64,000 nt of DNA, taken from NCBI GenBank assembly GCA_963796685.1, contig CAWCMR010000014.1, positions 64,001 to 128,000 on the forward strand, given 5' to 3'. The notes beneath the pieces were generated by a model that worked only from the letters and a program-made list of their open reading frames with translations, had not been told where the DNA came from and did not search any database. Positions 23,574-34,175 of this stretch are shown here, piece after piece. This stretch comes from an uncultured delta proteobacterium. Its GTDB lineage: Bacteria; Myxococcota_A; Polyangia; Fen-1088. Position numbers and translations under genes: made by a program. How positions within the stretch are numbered: the first letter of the stretch is position 1; the number at the start of each line of letters is the position of its first letter.

Positions 23574-25448
23574 TCAGCGACCGGCGGCGGCTTTCTCGGC
23601 GGCACGCTGGCCGAGGTCGGTGCCGGTGGCCAGGGTGGCGATACGGGTCCAGATCTCGTGCGCCTCGTCGACTCGGCCCAGACCGGACAGGGCCAGGGCG
23701 CGGTTGGTGAGCACGGCGGTGTCCTCGGGGGCGATGGCCAGGGCGCGCTCGAGGAGGGGCAGGGCCTGGTCGAAGCGACCGGACGAGACATCCAAGGAGC
23801 CGATCCAGGCAGAGGCCGAGAGCTCGTGCTCGCGCTCGAGGCAGCCGGGCGGCGCGCCGAGGGCGGTCCGGTAGGCGGCCACGGCGCGGGCGCTCTTGCT
23901 GTTGTCGAGATCGAAGTAGAGGTCGCCCAGGCGGACTTGCCACTCGCACGCCGAGACGGGCGAGAGCGCGGGCGGCGCGAGGATGGGGCGGGTCCTGGCT
24001 CCCTCTTCGACGGTGAAGTCGAACGTCGCCGGAATCTCGTAGGTTGCGATGAGCTCTTTCCAGCGCGGCAGTCGGCGCACGAACACGCGGCTGTCCTTGG
24101 CGCGGAAGACCAGGGCCCAGCGCTGGGGATCCCAATAGGCCACGCGGCGATTGATGCCGGCATAGTCGAGCAGGGCGCTCTGTACGCCGAGCACGTCCAT
24201 GGCCTGGCTCCATTCCTGGCGCGAGACGTCCATGCGACCGAGCAAGCGATGGAACGAAATGGGGTAGGCGGGCAGGCGTGGATCCACGAACACGCGGTAG
24301 CGGGGATAGCCTTGCCACAGCAGGTAGGCTCCGGTCTCGAAATCGTTGTACATGCGCTCGCGCAGTCCGTGCTGCTCGACGAAACGGATGGCGTCGAGGG
24401 GCAGGGAGCTTTCGTCGAGGCCGATGCTCAGGAAGCGTCCACCCCGGGCCGCTTCGGCAAGACGAGGCCAGAGGGTCGCGACGGCAAGAACAGCGACGAG
24501 GGCGCCTCGCAGCAGTCGGGCATGGGCTCGCTCGAAGCGCTCGGCCAGCGCCGAGAGGGAGGGCGCTGCGACCACGGCCAGGACCAGGAGCGCGTCGGCA
24601 GTGAAGCGAACGTGCCAGGCCCCGAGCGCCAGCAGGCCGAGCACGGGCAAGCGACGCGACCAGGTCTGTCGGCGCGCGAGCACGAGCAAGAGCAGCGAGC
24701 CCAACGCAAAGAGAATGGAGGGCGCATCCGAGCGCCAGGTCAGGCTGCGAAATTCGTCGACGGGATGCAGGTCGAAGATGCCGACATGGAAAGCGAGGTA
24801 GCGGACGATTCCCGTCTCGACCGGCGTGGCGAGGAGCGCAAGCAAGGATAGGACCGCGAGGAGGAAGAAGCGCAGGCACACGCGTACTCTGGCTTGGTCA
24901 AGACAGGCACCAGCTCCCGCCAGCATGAGCAATACCGCCGCGAGGAAGGCGCCCGCGTGAAGGTTTGCCCACAGCACCACGAGCGGGAGCAGCAGCCAGG
25001 CGCGGCGTCTGCCTGCTTCGATGCTCGGCAGGAAGGCCAGTATGGCCATCTCGCCCAGAAGCGAGAAGATATGCGGTCGCTCGACCAAGCGCTCGCGTAT
25101 GCACAGAAAGGCGAGCGCCAACGTCACCACCGCGGCGACGGCCGAGGCGCCCTGGCGGCGGCAGACCCGGTATGCGACGGCTGCGGCGAGCAGGATCACC
25201 AGCGTCTTGCCGACGACCACCGCGGGGAAGCCGCCGAGTCGGTAGAGCAGGGCTGCCCCGGCGTCAAACAGCCAGGCACTGTCGAGGTAGGGCGCGTTCG
25301 GATAGGTGAAGGAAAAGAGGTTGTGATGCACGAGCGCGCCCGTGCTCAGAAACTGCTCGCCGCTGGCCAGGCGAAAAAACAGATCGGTCTCCTGCACGGG
25401 GCCGAGGCACAGCCCGGCCACGAACAAGAGCAGCCCGGCGAGGGCCAT
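23574..25448 (-). CDS. Polytopic membrane protein (putative GT-C fold) with C-terminal TPRs
   Basis: ETDLFFRLASG..NLFSFT, ERPHIFS, WANLHAG, YNDFETGAYL, RVFVDPR. TPR motif ALPLLERALAIAPEDTAVLTNRALAL. Confidence 0.65.
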   Translation of the reverse strand: MALAGLLLFVAGLCLGPVQETDLFFRLASGEQFLSTGALVHHNLFSFTYPNAPYLDSAWLFDAGAALLYRLGGFPAVVVGKTLVILLAAAVAYRVCRRQGASAVAAVVTLALAFLCIRERLVERPHIFSLLGEMAILAFLPSIEAGRRRAWLLLPLVVLWANLHAGAFLAAVLLMLAGAGACLDQARVRVCLRFFLLAVLSLLALLATPVETGIVRYLAFHVGIFDLHPVDEFRSLTWRSDAPSILFALGSLLLLVLARRQTWSRRLPVLGLLALGAWHVRFTADALLVLAVVAAPSLSALAERFERAHARLLRGALVAVLAVATLWPRLAEAARGGRFLSIGLDESSLPLDAIRFVEQHGLRERMYNDFETGAYLLWQGYPRYRVFVDPRLPAYPISFHRLLGRMDVSRQEWSQAMDVLGVQSALLDYAGINRRVAYWDPQRWALVFRAKDSRVFVRRLPRWKELIATYEIPATFDFTVEEGARTRPILAPPALSPVSACEWQVRLGDLYFDLDNSKSARAVAAYRTALGAPPGCLEREHELSASAWIGSLDVSSGRFDQALPLLERALAIAPEDTAVLTNRALALSGLGRVDEAHEIWTRIATLATGTDLGQRAAEKAAAGR

Positions 25449-25455
25449 GGGTCGA

Positions 25456-26013
25456 CTACTTGAGGGACTTCGACAGGGCGATGGCTTGGCTCTTGGTACA
25501 CACCTTGGTCGAGGCGGCCACGCTGACGAAGTATCCGCGGCCGGGCAGGTAGAGCCCCGTACTGGCATTGACCTGGGCCATGGCCTTGGGGGTCTTCGCC
25601 TTGTCGGTCACCCAAACCTTGCCGACCTTCTTGAAGCTCATGAACGGGTCGGTGGGCTTTTCGGGGACATCCTTCACGATCTGCATGTACACCTGCACCA
25701 TGGTGTCGTCCGAATTTTCGCCCGGAACCTTGAAGTAGTATTTGCAGGTGTCTTGTTTTTCAGCCGCTTCTCCCAGGTAGGTGGCGTCGGATTCGCCACA
25801 CGCCGAGTAGATGGCTTGCTTGGTGAGGTGCAATGCGAGATCGGGATTGCAGCACTTGCCCGCGCCGTAGGTCTTGCAGTTACCGGCGGGCGGGGACGCG
25901 GCCGCGCCCTGCGCGGGAGGGGCGGCGAACGTCACAGTCTGATGGAGCAGCACCGGGACGGCGAGGGCAGCGACGAAAGCCGAGCTTGCGAGAATGATGC
26001 GAATGGGCTTCAT
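25456..26013 (-). CDS. Secreted Cys-containing hypothetical protein
   Basis: Signal peptide, 6 Cys, host-like codon usage. Confidence 0.7.
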   Translation of the reverse strand: MKPIRIILASSAFVAALAVPVLLHQTVTFAAPPAQGAAASPPAGNCKTYGAGKCCNPDLALHLTKQAIYSACGESDATYLGEAAEKQDTCKYYFKVPGENSDDTMVQVYMQIVKDVPEKPTDPFMSFKKVGKVWVTDKAKTPKAMAQVNASTGLYLPGRGYFVSVAASTKVCTKSQAIALSKSLK

Positions 26014-26076
26014 GGGCCGCTATCCTAGCACCACCCGCGCCGGAGGGAACAAGCCGATGCGTTCGACCGAAAGGAT

Positions 26077-26580
26077 CTACTTGGCGCCCCGGTTGACCAT
26101 CAGGTCCAAGTCTTCGCGCAGGCTCTGCAGATCCTCCTCGTGCTCGACCTCTTGTTCGAGGATGGTGAGCGCCATGTTGTAGGTCACCATGTCCTTGTCC
26201 TTGGTGGCGTCCATGAGGCTCTTGTAGGTCGAGATGGCGCACTGTTCGCCGACGATGTTCTGGTCGAGCAGAACCGCCACGTAGGGATCTGCCGGCGCGT
26301 CGTACTTGCACGGGCTGAGGTCGAACCAGTCCTTGGGTGAGAGCACCGGTGTGCCACCCAGTTGGTGAATGCGGTTCGAAACCAGGGTGGCGTGACCGAG
26401 CTCCTCGGTGGCGTGCAGGGTCAGCTCGGCCGCCACCGCGTCCTTCATCGGACCCTTGATGACCTTGGCGCCGAGCCAGTATTGGTAGTAGGCCAGCCAC
26501 TCGCTGGCGTAGGCCTGGTTGAGCAGCTTGAGCAGCTGGTTGATGTCGATACCGATGATTTCGCGTGCTCGAGTTCCCAT
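26077..26580 (-). CDS. DPS-like (DpsL) ferritin-family protein
   Basis: LNQAYASEWLAYYQYW, EELGHA, EQCAI, EVEHEEDL di-iron motifs plus conserved cysteines. Confidence 0.9.
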   Translation of the reverse strand: MGTRAREIIGIDINQLLKLLNQAYASEWLAYYQYWLGAKVIKGPMKDAVAAELTLHATEELGHATLVSNRIHQLGGTPVLSPKDWFDLSPCKYDAPADPYVAVLLDQNIVGEQCAISTYKSLMDATKDKDMVTYNMALTILEQEVEHEEDLQSLREDLDLMVNRGAK

Positions 26581-26595
26581 GTCTTGTGTCCCTTT

Positions 26596-29500
26596 CTATC
26601 CGCCGTATAGCTTTTCCAGGAATGCGTGCATGTCTTCGCGGTTGCCGGTGAGAAAGACGCGGCCGACTTGTGCCGCCAGACGTGCCAGCGGCGGGCCGGA
26701 CTTGGCTATTTGTTCCAGGTGATCTTTGGCTTCGTTGCGCTTCGCCTCTCCCATGGCGGCGAGCTTCGTACCTTGTTTGGCATCCTGCGGTTGAGAAGCT
26801 TGAAGCACAAGTGCCTCCAAGGCCACCATGCGGCGCACACTGTCGGCTTCCGAGGCTTCGAGAATGGAGGCAACCTCGGCGGGCGAGCGTTCGGCGGCCC
26901 ACACGGCGCCCAGGCCGCGCACAGCGGCAGAACGAACGTCGTAGGCCGGATCGACAAGCGCACGTTCCAGCAGGGGCGTGGCCGACTTGGGATCGCGCTG
27001 GGCGATGCGTCCGATGGCCTCGGCCGCGGCGGCGCGCACCGATTCGCCGCGCTGGCGCAGCACCAACCCCAGCATGGCGGTGGCGGATTCGGAGGCGCCG
27101 GCAACCTCGCCAAGGGCGATGGCGCCTGCCCTGCGGGTGGCGGGATCGCCGGAGCGCAACATGGTTTCGAACATGGGCAGGACCTTGGCCGCGCCCGCGC
27201 CGGACGAGGTAGACAGGGCGCGCACCGCCTCGGCGCGCACGAAGGCGTCGCGATCCTCGGAGCCGGCTTGCAGGATGTCGAGCACCATGGGCTCCATTGC
27301 GGCCGCGGCTTTCACGGCTTCGAGGCGCATGGTCTCGTCTGCGTCGCGCGCAGCCTGGCGCAGGACCGTGGTCACGTTCAGCCGGGCCGCCACGCGTAGG
27401 GCGACTTGGCGCTCTTCCAGATCGCCTTGACCGAAGAAGGATGAAAGCCTCTTCTCCAGGTCGGGCAGGTGCTTGCCGACGGGAACGTGGGCCTTGCCGC
27501 ACGCGATGAGGGCGTCGGCGGCGGACATGCGCACCGAGCGTTCGTGGTCCTCGAGCAATCCGATGAGTGGGGTCAGGACGATGTCGCGGGCCTCGCCGGC
27601 CAGGGCTCCGAGCGAGGAGGCGGCGGCGGAGCGCACGGTCGGCTCGTCCGAGGCGGCGAGTTGTACGGCCATGCGCGCGGCGCCCTTGGGATCGCCCTCG
27701 GTCAGGCTGCCGAGGCATGCGGCCGCCTCGGTGCGCACCTCGCGATTGTCGTCGCGCGAGGCGATGCGAAGGTAGGGCGACGCCGCCACGGGCGACTTCT
27801 TGGCCATCTCGCAGAAGGCGCGGGCGGCTGAAACACGCGTGGGGATCTCGCTTTGCTTGAGCGCCCTGGCCAGCGGCGGGAGGGCCGCTGCGGGTCGCGT
27901 CTGTCCGATCTGCCCCAGGGCCTCGACGATGGCCTTGCGCGTACCCGGCCGCACCTTGACCATGGCATGTCCGAGATCCTCGGCGACGAGCGCGGATTGC
28001 GTGGACGCCAGGCGAATCGACGATTCGATGGCCGCTTTCGCAACCTCGGGATTGGGGTCGAGCAGCGCCCTGCGCACGAGCTCGGGTCCCTCGCGCTTGA
28101 GGTAGCCGAAGGCGCGCGCGGCCTCGGCCCGCACATCGGGCGACTGATCGTAGAGGAAACCCTTGAGCGGCTTGCTGGCGGAATCGGGCTGCTTGATGGC
28201 CACCACGCCCCACAAGGCTGCGGCCGTCACGCGACCGGTGGGGGGGCCCTTGGTCGCGGCCGTGGCCAGGGTCTCCACCTCGGCCGGATCGATGAGCCGG
28301 GCGTACACGGGCAGCGCGGCCGTGCGCAACCGCGGCGGCGCATCCGGGGCCACGGCCTTCTCCAGCACGGCGCGAAGCGATGCCTGTGCCTCGCCGCTCT
28401 TGCGCAAGTACGACAGCGCCGAGATGCGGGCCTCCTCGGGCGCCTGCTCGTCGGCCGCGATCTCGGTCAGGGCGGACATCGCCTCGCGCGGAACAGCGGC
28501 GGCGATGCGATCGAGCAAGGCCAGGGCGGTGCGGCGCGACTGGCTGTCGGAGCTACCCAGGCCCTGGCGAACGGCATCGATGGCGGCCTTGGGCGCGCGC
28601 GCCGCCAAATCCATCACGCCCTTCTCGGCCAGGCGCCGGAACGACGGATCCTTGTCGGCGAGCGCGATGGCGAGAATGCTTGCGGACGTGGGGCCGTCGA
28701 GGCTGGCACATTCATGCAGGACCGTGCTGCGCACCGCGAACGAGCTGTCGGCCAAGGCCGTGCGCAGGATGGCGGCGTGGGTGCCCTTGCCCTGGCGACG
28801 ATCGATGGCCGCCGCGACCTCGACGCCGCGGCGGCGCACGTCCGCGGATTGATCGCTGAGCGCGGCGGCGAGGATCTCGTCTTCGCCGGCGCCGCCGGTC
28901 CCGACCACGGCCAGGGCTTCCAGGGCCTCGCGCCGCAGCGTCGGATCCACGAAGGCCTGCTTGAGCGACACGATGCCCGAGGGATCGCCGAGCAACACCA
29001 GCGAGATGCCGCGCGGAACCGGGCCAAGCCCGTCGAGCACCGTGCGCAACCAGGTGGGGATCGGCGTGCCGCGGTTCTTGTCGAGGGTTCCCGAGGCGCG
29101 ACCGGAGGTGATTCGCCGATGCAGGTCGGTGGCCACGCCGGTCGCGGCGAAGCCGGTGTCGGCCAGGATGGCGCCGAAACGCGGGTGGGCGGGAATGAAA
29201 TTGAGGAAGGACAGACTGCTACGCCCGCGACGAACGACCACACGGCTCGACGGCGAATCCGCGGGAGGATCGAATGCCAGGGTGTACGAGGTGCGTAGCT
29301 CGAAGACCAACCCGAAGAGCACGACGAGCAGGGCGACAAGGACGAGCCCGGCGCGCAGGAACACGCGGCGTATGCTGCGGTGGAAGACGGTTGCCTCTTC
29401 GCTCGATAAATCCTTGGCCGTGTGGGCGCGCACCCTGCGGATCTCGAGCAGGGTCAGAGCGGTGCCGGTAAGAATGCGTCGGCGCAAGGTGCGCCGCGAT

Positions 29501-30591
29501 TCCCGCACGTGCGCGGTGGCGATGGCGGCGTGCTCGCGGATGCGAGGGACGAGGCAAGGGTGGGCCAAGGCCAGGCGGCCTTCTCCCTGGCCGGAGGTGT
29601 CGCGTAGGATCCCGCGCGCGGTCAGCACGTCCACCGCCTTTTCCACGGCGCTCTCGGCGACTTTGCTGCGCGAGGCGAATTCGCCGGTGGTCGGTCTTTC
29701 CTTGTCCGCGCAGGCCAGCAGCAGTCGCATGGCCACGGTCTCGCCAGCTTCCACGATGGCGCGATGGAGGAAGCTGTACAAGATGGTGCTGGCGCCGCCG
29801 GCGCGCTCGTAGCGGCGCAGCGTCGTCATTCGCTGCTCGACCGCGGTCGCGGCCACGATTTGCAGATCCGCGGGCAGGCAGGGACCGGGCCGGCACAGGT
29901 CTGCGGCCATGAGATCGGCCAGCCCCGCCTCGAAGAACGTGCCCGTGTTGAGCGCGGTCTGTTCGAGGATCTCCGCAGCCTGGCTTTCGCCCAGTCGGCC
30001 AAGCTCCATCCACGCGCCCGCGGCGGGGGAGATGGCCGCGCTGTCGTGCAGGCGCTCCAGGCGATGAAAGGACGCGCCGTCGATGCACAGCAGCAGACGC
30101 AGCCGGCTGCCGGCGCCGGCCATGGCCACCTTGAGCAGGGCGGACAGCGTGGGCAAGGCCGCCGCCGAGGAAGCGTCCGCGTCGTCTCCGAGCAAGTCCT
30201 CCAGGTGGTCGAGCACGAGCAGGGTGCCGCCCGGCGAGGAGCGCGCGACACTGATCAGGTAGTCGGACGCGCTTTCCCCTGGCGTGGGCGGCTCGCCGCG
30301 CACGCGCCCGAGCGCCTGCCACAATTCCTGATCGAAATTGACGTAGCCGCCGAGGTAGACCGCGGCCACGTTGCGCTGGGCAAGCAGGGGCAGAAGACCC
30401 GCGCGCAGCAGCGAGGTCTTGCCCACGCCGGGCTCGCCGCACAGGGCGGCCACGCGTGCGAAATCCTTGGTGATGAGTTGGAGCAGCGCCTGGGTCTCTT
30501 CCGTGCGACCGAAGAAGAGACTGGTGCTGCTTTCATCGTATGAGGCGAGCCCCCGGAAGGGCCCCAGGGCGGGATTACCAGACGAGGACAT
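26596..30591 (-). CDS. nSTAND1-type NTPase with TM helix and long HEAT-repeat region
   Basis: PFRGLASY..FFGR, Walker A GEPGVGKT-SLLRAGL, Walker B LLVLDHLE. TM LVLVALLVVLFGLVF, then many D....VR..AA.AL HEAT units. Confidence 0.85.
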   Translation of the reverse strand: MSSSGNPALGPFRGLASYDESSTSLFFGRTEETQALLQLITKDFARVAALCGEPGVGKTSLLRAGLLPLLAQRNVAAVYLGGYVNFDQELWQALGRVRGEPPTPGESASDYLISVARSSPGGTLLVLDHLEDLLGDDADASSAAALPTLSALLKVAMAGAGSRLRLLLCIDGASFHRLERLHDSAAISPAAGAWMELGRLGESQAAEILEQTALNTGTFFEAGLADLMAADLCRPGPCLPADLQIVAATAVEQRMTTLRRYERAGGASTILYSFLHRAIVEAGETVAMRLLLACADKERPTTGEFASRSKVAESAVEKAVDVLTARGILRDTSGQGEGRLALAHPCLVPRIREHAAIATAHVRESRRTLRRRILTGTALTLLEIRRVRAHTAKDLSSEEATVFHRSIRRVFLRAGLVLVALLVVLFGLVFELRTSYTLAFDPPADSPSSRVVVRRGRSSLSFLNFIPAHPRFGAILADTGFAATGVATDLHRRITSGRASGTLDKNRGTPIPTWLRTVLDGLGPVPRGISLVLLGDPSGIVSLKQAFVDPTLRREALEALAVVGTGGAGEDEILAAALSDQSADVRRRGVEVAAAIDRRQGKGTHAAILRTALADSSFAVRSTVLHECASLDGPTSASILAIALADKDPSFRRLAEKGVMDLAARAPKAAIDAVRQGLGSSDSQSRRTALALLDRIAAAVPREAMSALTEIAADEQAPEEARISALSYLRKSGEAQASLRAVLEKAVAPDAPPRLRTAALPVYARLIDPAEVETLATAATKGPPTGRVTAAALWGVVAIKQPDSASKPLKGFLYDQSPDVRAEAARAFGYLKREGPELVRRALLDPNPEVAKAAIESSIRLASTQSALVAEDLGHAMVKVRPGTRKAIVEALGQIGQTRPAAALPPLARALKQSEIPTRVSAARAFCEMAKKSPVAASPYLRIASRDDNREVRTEAAACLGSLTEGDPKGAARMAVQLAASDEPTVRSAAASSLGALAGEARDIVLTPLIGLLEDHERSVRMSAADALIACGKAHVPVGKHLPDLEKRLSSFFGQGDLEERQVALRVAARLNVTTVLRQAARDADETMRLEAVKAAAAMEPMVLDILQAGSEDRDAFVRAEAVRALSTSSGAGAAKVLPMFETMLRSGDPATRRAGAIALGEVAGASESATAMLGLVLRQRGESVRAAAAEAIGRIAQRDPKSATPLLERALVDPAYDVRSAAVRGLGAVWAAERSPAEVASILEASEADSVRRMVALEALVLQASQPQDAKQGTKLAAMGEAKRNEAKDHLEQIAKSGPPLARLAAQVGRVFLTGNREDMHAFLEKLYGG

Positions 30592-30710
30592 TGGCTGCAG
30601 AATAGCCGCCTCTGGACCGGACTGGGCAGGAAAGTTTGCGCCCGCAGAGCGCGCAGAGGATGGGGAGGGAGGGCACAGCGAGGGATGGAAAGGTCCCGCT
30701 GTGCTCCTTG

Positions 30711-31043
30711 CTAGACGTCGCCGGCAAAATCGGACTCGACCACCGCGGGGTCGTTGTCGTAGTCCGAGATGACGACCTCGCGCATGGTCGCGTCGGTCGA
30801 GGAGGGCGGGAAGAAGCCGTCCACCATGTCGGCGATTTCATCGTGCGAGGTACCGCGCTTCACGGTCGCCAGCGCATACACCACGTTGCCGTCGTCGACC
30901 ACGGATAGAAAGCCAACGCGGCGCCCATCCTCGACCGCCCACAAATCCCAGACCTCCGACGACTTGGTGCGCGTGGTACGTGTGGCATAGAAGGTTCGGG
31001 GCTCGTGGCGGGTGATGGGCGTGATCTTGGGATCGCGAGGCAT
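30711..31043 (-). CDS. Hypothetical protein
   Basis: Fits between same-strand genes, acidic globular composition. Confidence 0.6.
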   Translation of the reverse strand: MPRDPKITPITRHEPRTFYATRTTRTKSSEVWDLWAVEDGRRVGFLSVVDDGNVVYALATVKRGTSHDEIADMVDGFFPPSSTDATMREVVISDYDNDPAVVESDFAGDV

Positions 31044-31113
31044 GGGCCGGCAAAGGTAGCATGATCGGGGGCCAGATGCGGAGGATGGATGCCGAAGCCG
31101 ATCGCCGTTGGTG

Positions 31114-32856
31114 TTACCGCCAGGGCGCGGGCAGGATGGGCGGGCGTTCCAGGGCCCGGCGGGTACGTTGCAGCTCGATCTCGCTGATGAGCACGGCGGG
31201 CGCCACGGTCGATACCGGGATGTAGCCCGATTCGGCGCCGCAATAGCCGTTGAACACGGCGCTCTCGTTCGAGGCGGCCACGACGCGGTTGAGCGACCCG
31301 ATGGGCGTGCCCACGAATTCTACGCCGCGCACCAGGGTCTCCTCGCCGGTCTTGCCGTCGACCTTGTACACGATGCGAGGCATGCCCTTGAAGGCCTGGA
31401 AGTCGTAGGTCGTGGTGTTGGTCTGGCCGCCGCTGATGTCGGCGATGATGAGGCCGAAGGCCTTCTTCTGGCGGCGGATCTCCTCGAGCAGCATCTCCTT
31501 GAGCTTGGCAAAGGGAACCACCTTGTCCGAGCGCACGATGGTGCTGGCCATGCGGCCGATGGGATCCAGGGTGCCTTCGGCGCGGCCGTGGCCGTTCGAC
31601 TCGAGCGAGCCTTTCACGGGTGTGCGACTCTTGAGGTAATTGCGCAGGATGCCATGGTCGACCAGGGTCACCGGACGCGCGATCACCCCCTCGTCGTCGT
31701 AGCGGTAAAAGCCATTGAGCGACACGTCGCCGACCTTGCGGAGCGTGGGGTCGTCGAACACGCTGAGGAAGGCAGGGAGCACGGGCTTGCCGATCTGTCC
31801 CTTGAAGGTGGCGCCTTCCTTGTTGTCGTTCTGGCGCTCGCCTTCCAGACGGTGGCCCAGCGCCTCGTGGAAGAACACACCGGCGGCCTCGGGCAGGAGG
31901 ATGGCGGGGCCGTTGAAGGGATCGAGCATGGGGGCCGCGCACAGGCGTTTGATCTCGTCGGCAAGCTGGGCCGCGGTGACCTTCAGCTCGGCCTCGTCGG
32001 GCAGCTCGGCCTCGCTGGAGCCGTAGAAGCTCTTGAAGTGGTTGATGAGCAGGCCGTCCTTGGCGCGCGCCGAGGCGAGAAGCTGGATGGAGTAGATGAG
32101 GCGTTCGTTGATCGGCTCGGTGCCCTCGGTGGTGAGGATGGTGCGGGTCTGGTGGTCGACCGACATCTTGACCTGCGAGTCGAAGATGTCGGGATAGCTC
32201 TTGAACAGGGCCGACACGCGGCGCAGCCGGTCGTCCCACTTCGCGCGGTCCAGTTTCAGGGTGACCGGCGGATCCACGGAGCGCGCGGGCTTTTCGCGCG
32301 AGAAGCTGGGCATCTTCTCGTCTTCGACCATCTGGGTGACGCGGGTGCCGCGCTTCTTGTGCAGGGCCGCCAGGGCATCCTTGTAGCGCGCGTCGGTCTG
32401 CAGCCACATGGTGGCGCGTAGGGCGTCCACGTTGTCGTCGATGGGCGCGAACGTCGGGGGTTGGTAGCGGTCGAAATCGTCGAGGTCGAAGCTCTTCTCG
32501 GTCGAATCGTTGGCGGTGTTGTCGAACTGGTAGCTGCCCACGCGCACCTCGACGGCAGCCTGGCGAACGTTCTGGTAGCTGTCCTCGACCATGGCGCCGA
32601 AGCGGGCGCTGAGGTCGTAGTCGTCGTACTCGCGGACGAGGTAGCGGATGAAATACGGGGCATCCTCGCCGGGCATGCGCAGCTTCTGCTTGGAACGGCC
32701 GAGCTCGTCCTCGAGCGCGTGGAGGACGATCAGCCGATGGTCCTTGGACGTGGCCGCGCCGGGCTTGGCCGCCGCGGCGCTCGCGACGTGACCGCTGAGA
32801 ACGAGGAAGAGGGGAAGAAGAGCCTTGAGGGGCGATGCCTTGAGGGGTGATGCCAT
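31114..32856 (-). CDS. tldD: TldD/PmbA-family metalloprotease with signal peptide
   Basis: FFHEALGHRLEG zinc motif, DDPT, YDDEG, SNGHGR, NGYCGAESG..PVS..AP. Confidence 0.9.
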   Translation of the reverse strand: MASPLKASPLKALLPLFLVLSGHVASAAAAKPGAATSKDHRLIVLHALEDELGRSKQKLRMPGEDAPYFIRYLVREYDDYDLSARFGAMVEDSYQNVRQAAVEVRVGSYQFDNTANDSTEKSFDLDDFDRYQPPTFAPIDDNVDALRATMWLQTDARYKDALAALHKKRGTRVTQMVEDEKMPSFSREKPARSVDPPVTLKLDRAKWDDRLRRVSALFKSYPDIFDSQVKMSVDHQTRTILTTEGTEPINERLIYSIQLLASARAKDGLLINHFKSFYGSSEAELPDEAELKVTAAQLADEIKRLCAAPMLDPFNGPAILLPEAAGVFFHEALGHRLEGERQNDNKEGATFKGQIGKPVLPAFLSVFDDPTLRKVGDVSLNGFYRYDDEGVIARPVTLVDHGILRNYLKSRTPVKGSLESNGHGRAEGTLDPIGRMASTIVRSDKVVPFAKLKEMLLEEIRRQKKAFGLIIADISGGQTNTTTYDFQAFKGMPRIVYKVDGKTGEETLVRGVEFVGTPIGSLNRVVAASNESAVFNGYCGAESGYIPVSTVAPAVLISEIELQRTRRALERPPILPAPWR

Positions 32857-32915
32857 GGTGTCTTGAGCAGTCTGACCGTTTCTGATTGGCAAAGAAAGCG
32901 CTATGGTTGCAAACC

Positions 32916-34151
32916 ATGGCGACGATCAATACGAACTATCAGAAGCTGCAGGCCGGCTATTTGTTCCCGGAAATCGGCAAGCGCGTGCGCAATTTCGCGG
33001 CGGCCAATCCGTCCGCGCGCATCATTCGCCTGGGTATCGGTGACGTGGTGCTGCCACTGCCCGCGCCCATCATCGACGCCATGAAGGCGGGCGTGGAGGA
33101 GATGGCACGCAAGGAGACCTTTCACGGCTACGACGACCGCGGCCGAGGCTACGACTTCCTGCTTGAACCTATTGCGGCGCATTTTCGCAGCCAGGGCGCC
33201 GACGTAGCCCCCGACGAGATTTTCGTCTCCGATGGCTCGAAGTGCGACACCGCGAACATGCAAGAGATCTTCGCTATCGACAACATCGTCGCGGTGACCG
33301 ATCCGGTCTACCCGGTGTACGTGGATACCAACGTGATGGCCGGGCGCACCGGGCTCGCCGACAAGAACGGCCGCTATGCCAAGCTGGTCTACCTGCCCAC
33401 CACCGACGAAAATGGCTTCGAGCCCGCCCTGCCGAGCGGGCACGTGGATCTCATCTACCTGTGCTCTCCCAACAACCCGACCGGCGCGGTCATGTCGCGC
33501 GCCTCGCTCCAGCGCTGGGTCGAATACGCCAACCGCGAGGGCGCCGTGATTCTATTCGACGCCGCCTACGAGGCCTTCATCCGCGAGCCCGGCCTGGTGC
33601 ACAGCATTTTCGAGATCCCCGGCGCGCGCAACGTGGCGATCGAGTTTCGCAGCTTTTCCAAGACTGCGGGATTCACCGGCACGCGCTGCGCGTTCACCGT
33701 CATCCCGAAAGAGCTGTGCGCGCGCGACGGCTCCGGCGAGGCCGTGCCGCTGCACGGCCTGTGGAACCGCCGCCACACCACCAAGTTCAACGGCGTCAGC
33801 TACCCCGTGCAAAGGGCCGCCGCCGCCGTCTTCAGCCCCGAGGGCAACCAAGCCGTACAGGCCAACATCGACTACTACATGGAAAACGCGCGCATCATCC
33901 GCGAAGGTCTCGGCAAGGCCGGCTACCGCGTCTTCGGCGGAGTCAACGGCCCCTACATCTGGCTGCGCGTGCCCGAGGGGCTGACCTCGTGGCAGTTCTT
34001 CGACCGCTTGCTGGGCGAAGCCAACGTCGTCGGCACCCCCGGCTCGGGCTTCGGCAGCTGCGGCGAAGGCTACTTCCGCCTGTCCGCGTTCGGGTTCAGG
34101 GCGAACGTCGAGGAGGCAGTGGAGCGGATTCGGACGAAGGTAAAGGTGTAG
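32916..34151 (+). CDS. dapL: LL-diaminopimelate aminotransferase
   Basis: [67 protein letters not shown]. Confidence 0.96.
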   Translation: MATINTNYQKLQAGYLFPEIGKRVRNFAAANPSARIIRLGIGDVVLPLPAPIIDAMKAGVEEMARKETFHGYDDRGRGYDFLLEPIAAHFRSQGADVAPDEIFVSDGSKCDTANMQEIFAIDNIVAVTDPVYPVYVDTNVMAGRTGLADKNGRYAKLVYLPTTDENGFEPALPSGHVDLIYLCSPNNPTGAVMSRASLQRWVEYANREGAVILFDAAYEAFIREPGLVHSIFEIPGARNVAIEFRSFSKTAGFTGTRCAFTVIPKELCARDGSGEAVPLHGLWNRRHTTKFNGVSYPVQRAAAAVFSPEGNQAVQANIDYYMENARIIREGLGKAGYRVFGGVNGPYIWLRVPEGLTSWQFFDRLLGEANVVGTPGSGFGSCGEGYFRLSAFGFRANVEEAVERIRTKVKV

Positions 34152-34175
34152 GCGCAGCTGGGTTATGATAGGGAC

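Noticed and set aside
25880-32929. Long Arg-rich ORFs 25880-28213, 27853-29298 and 30860-32929
   Set aside because: Off-frame shadows of the STAND-HEAT and TldD genes.
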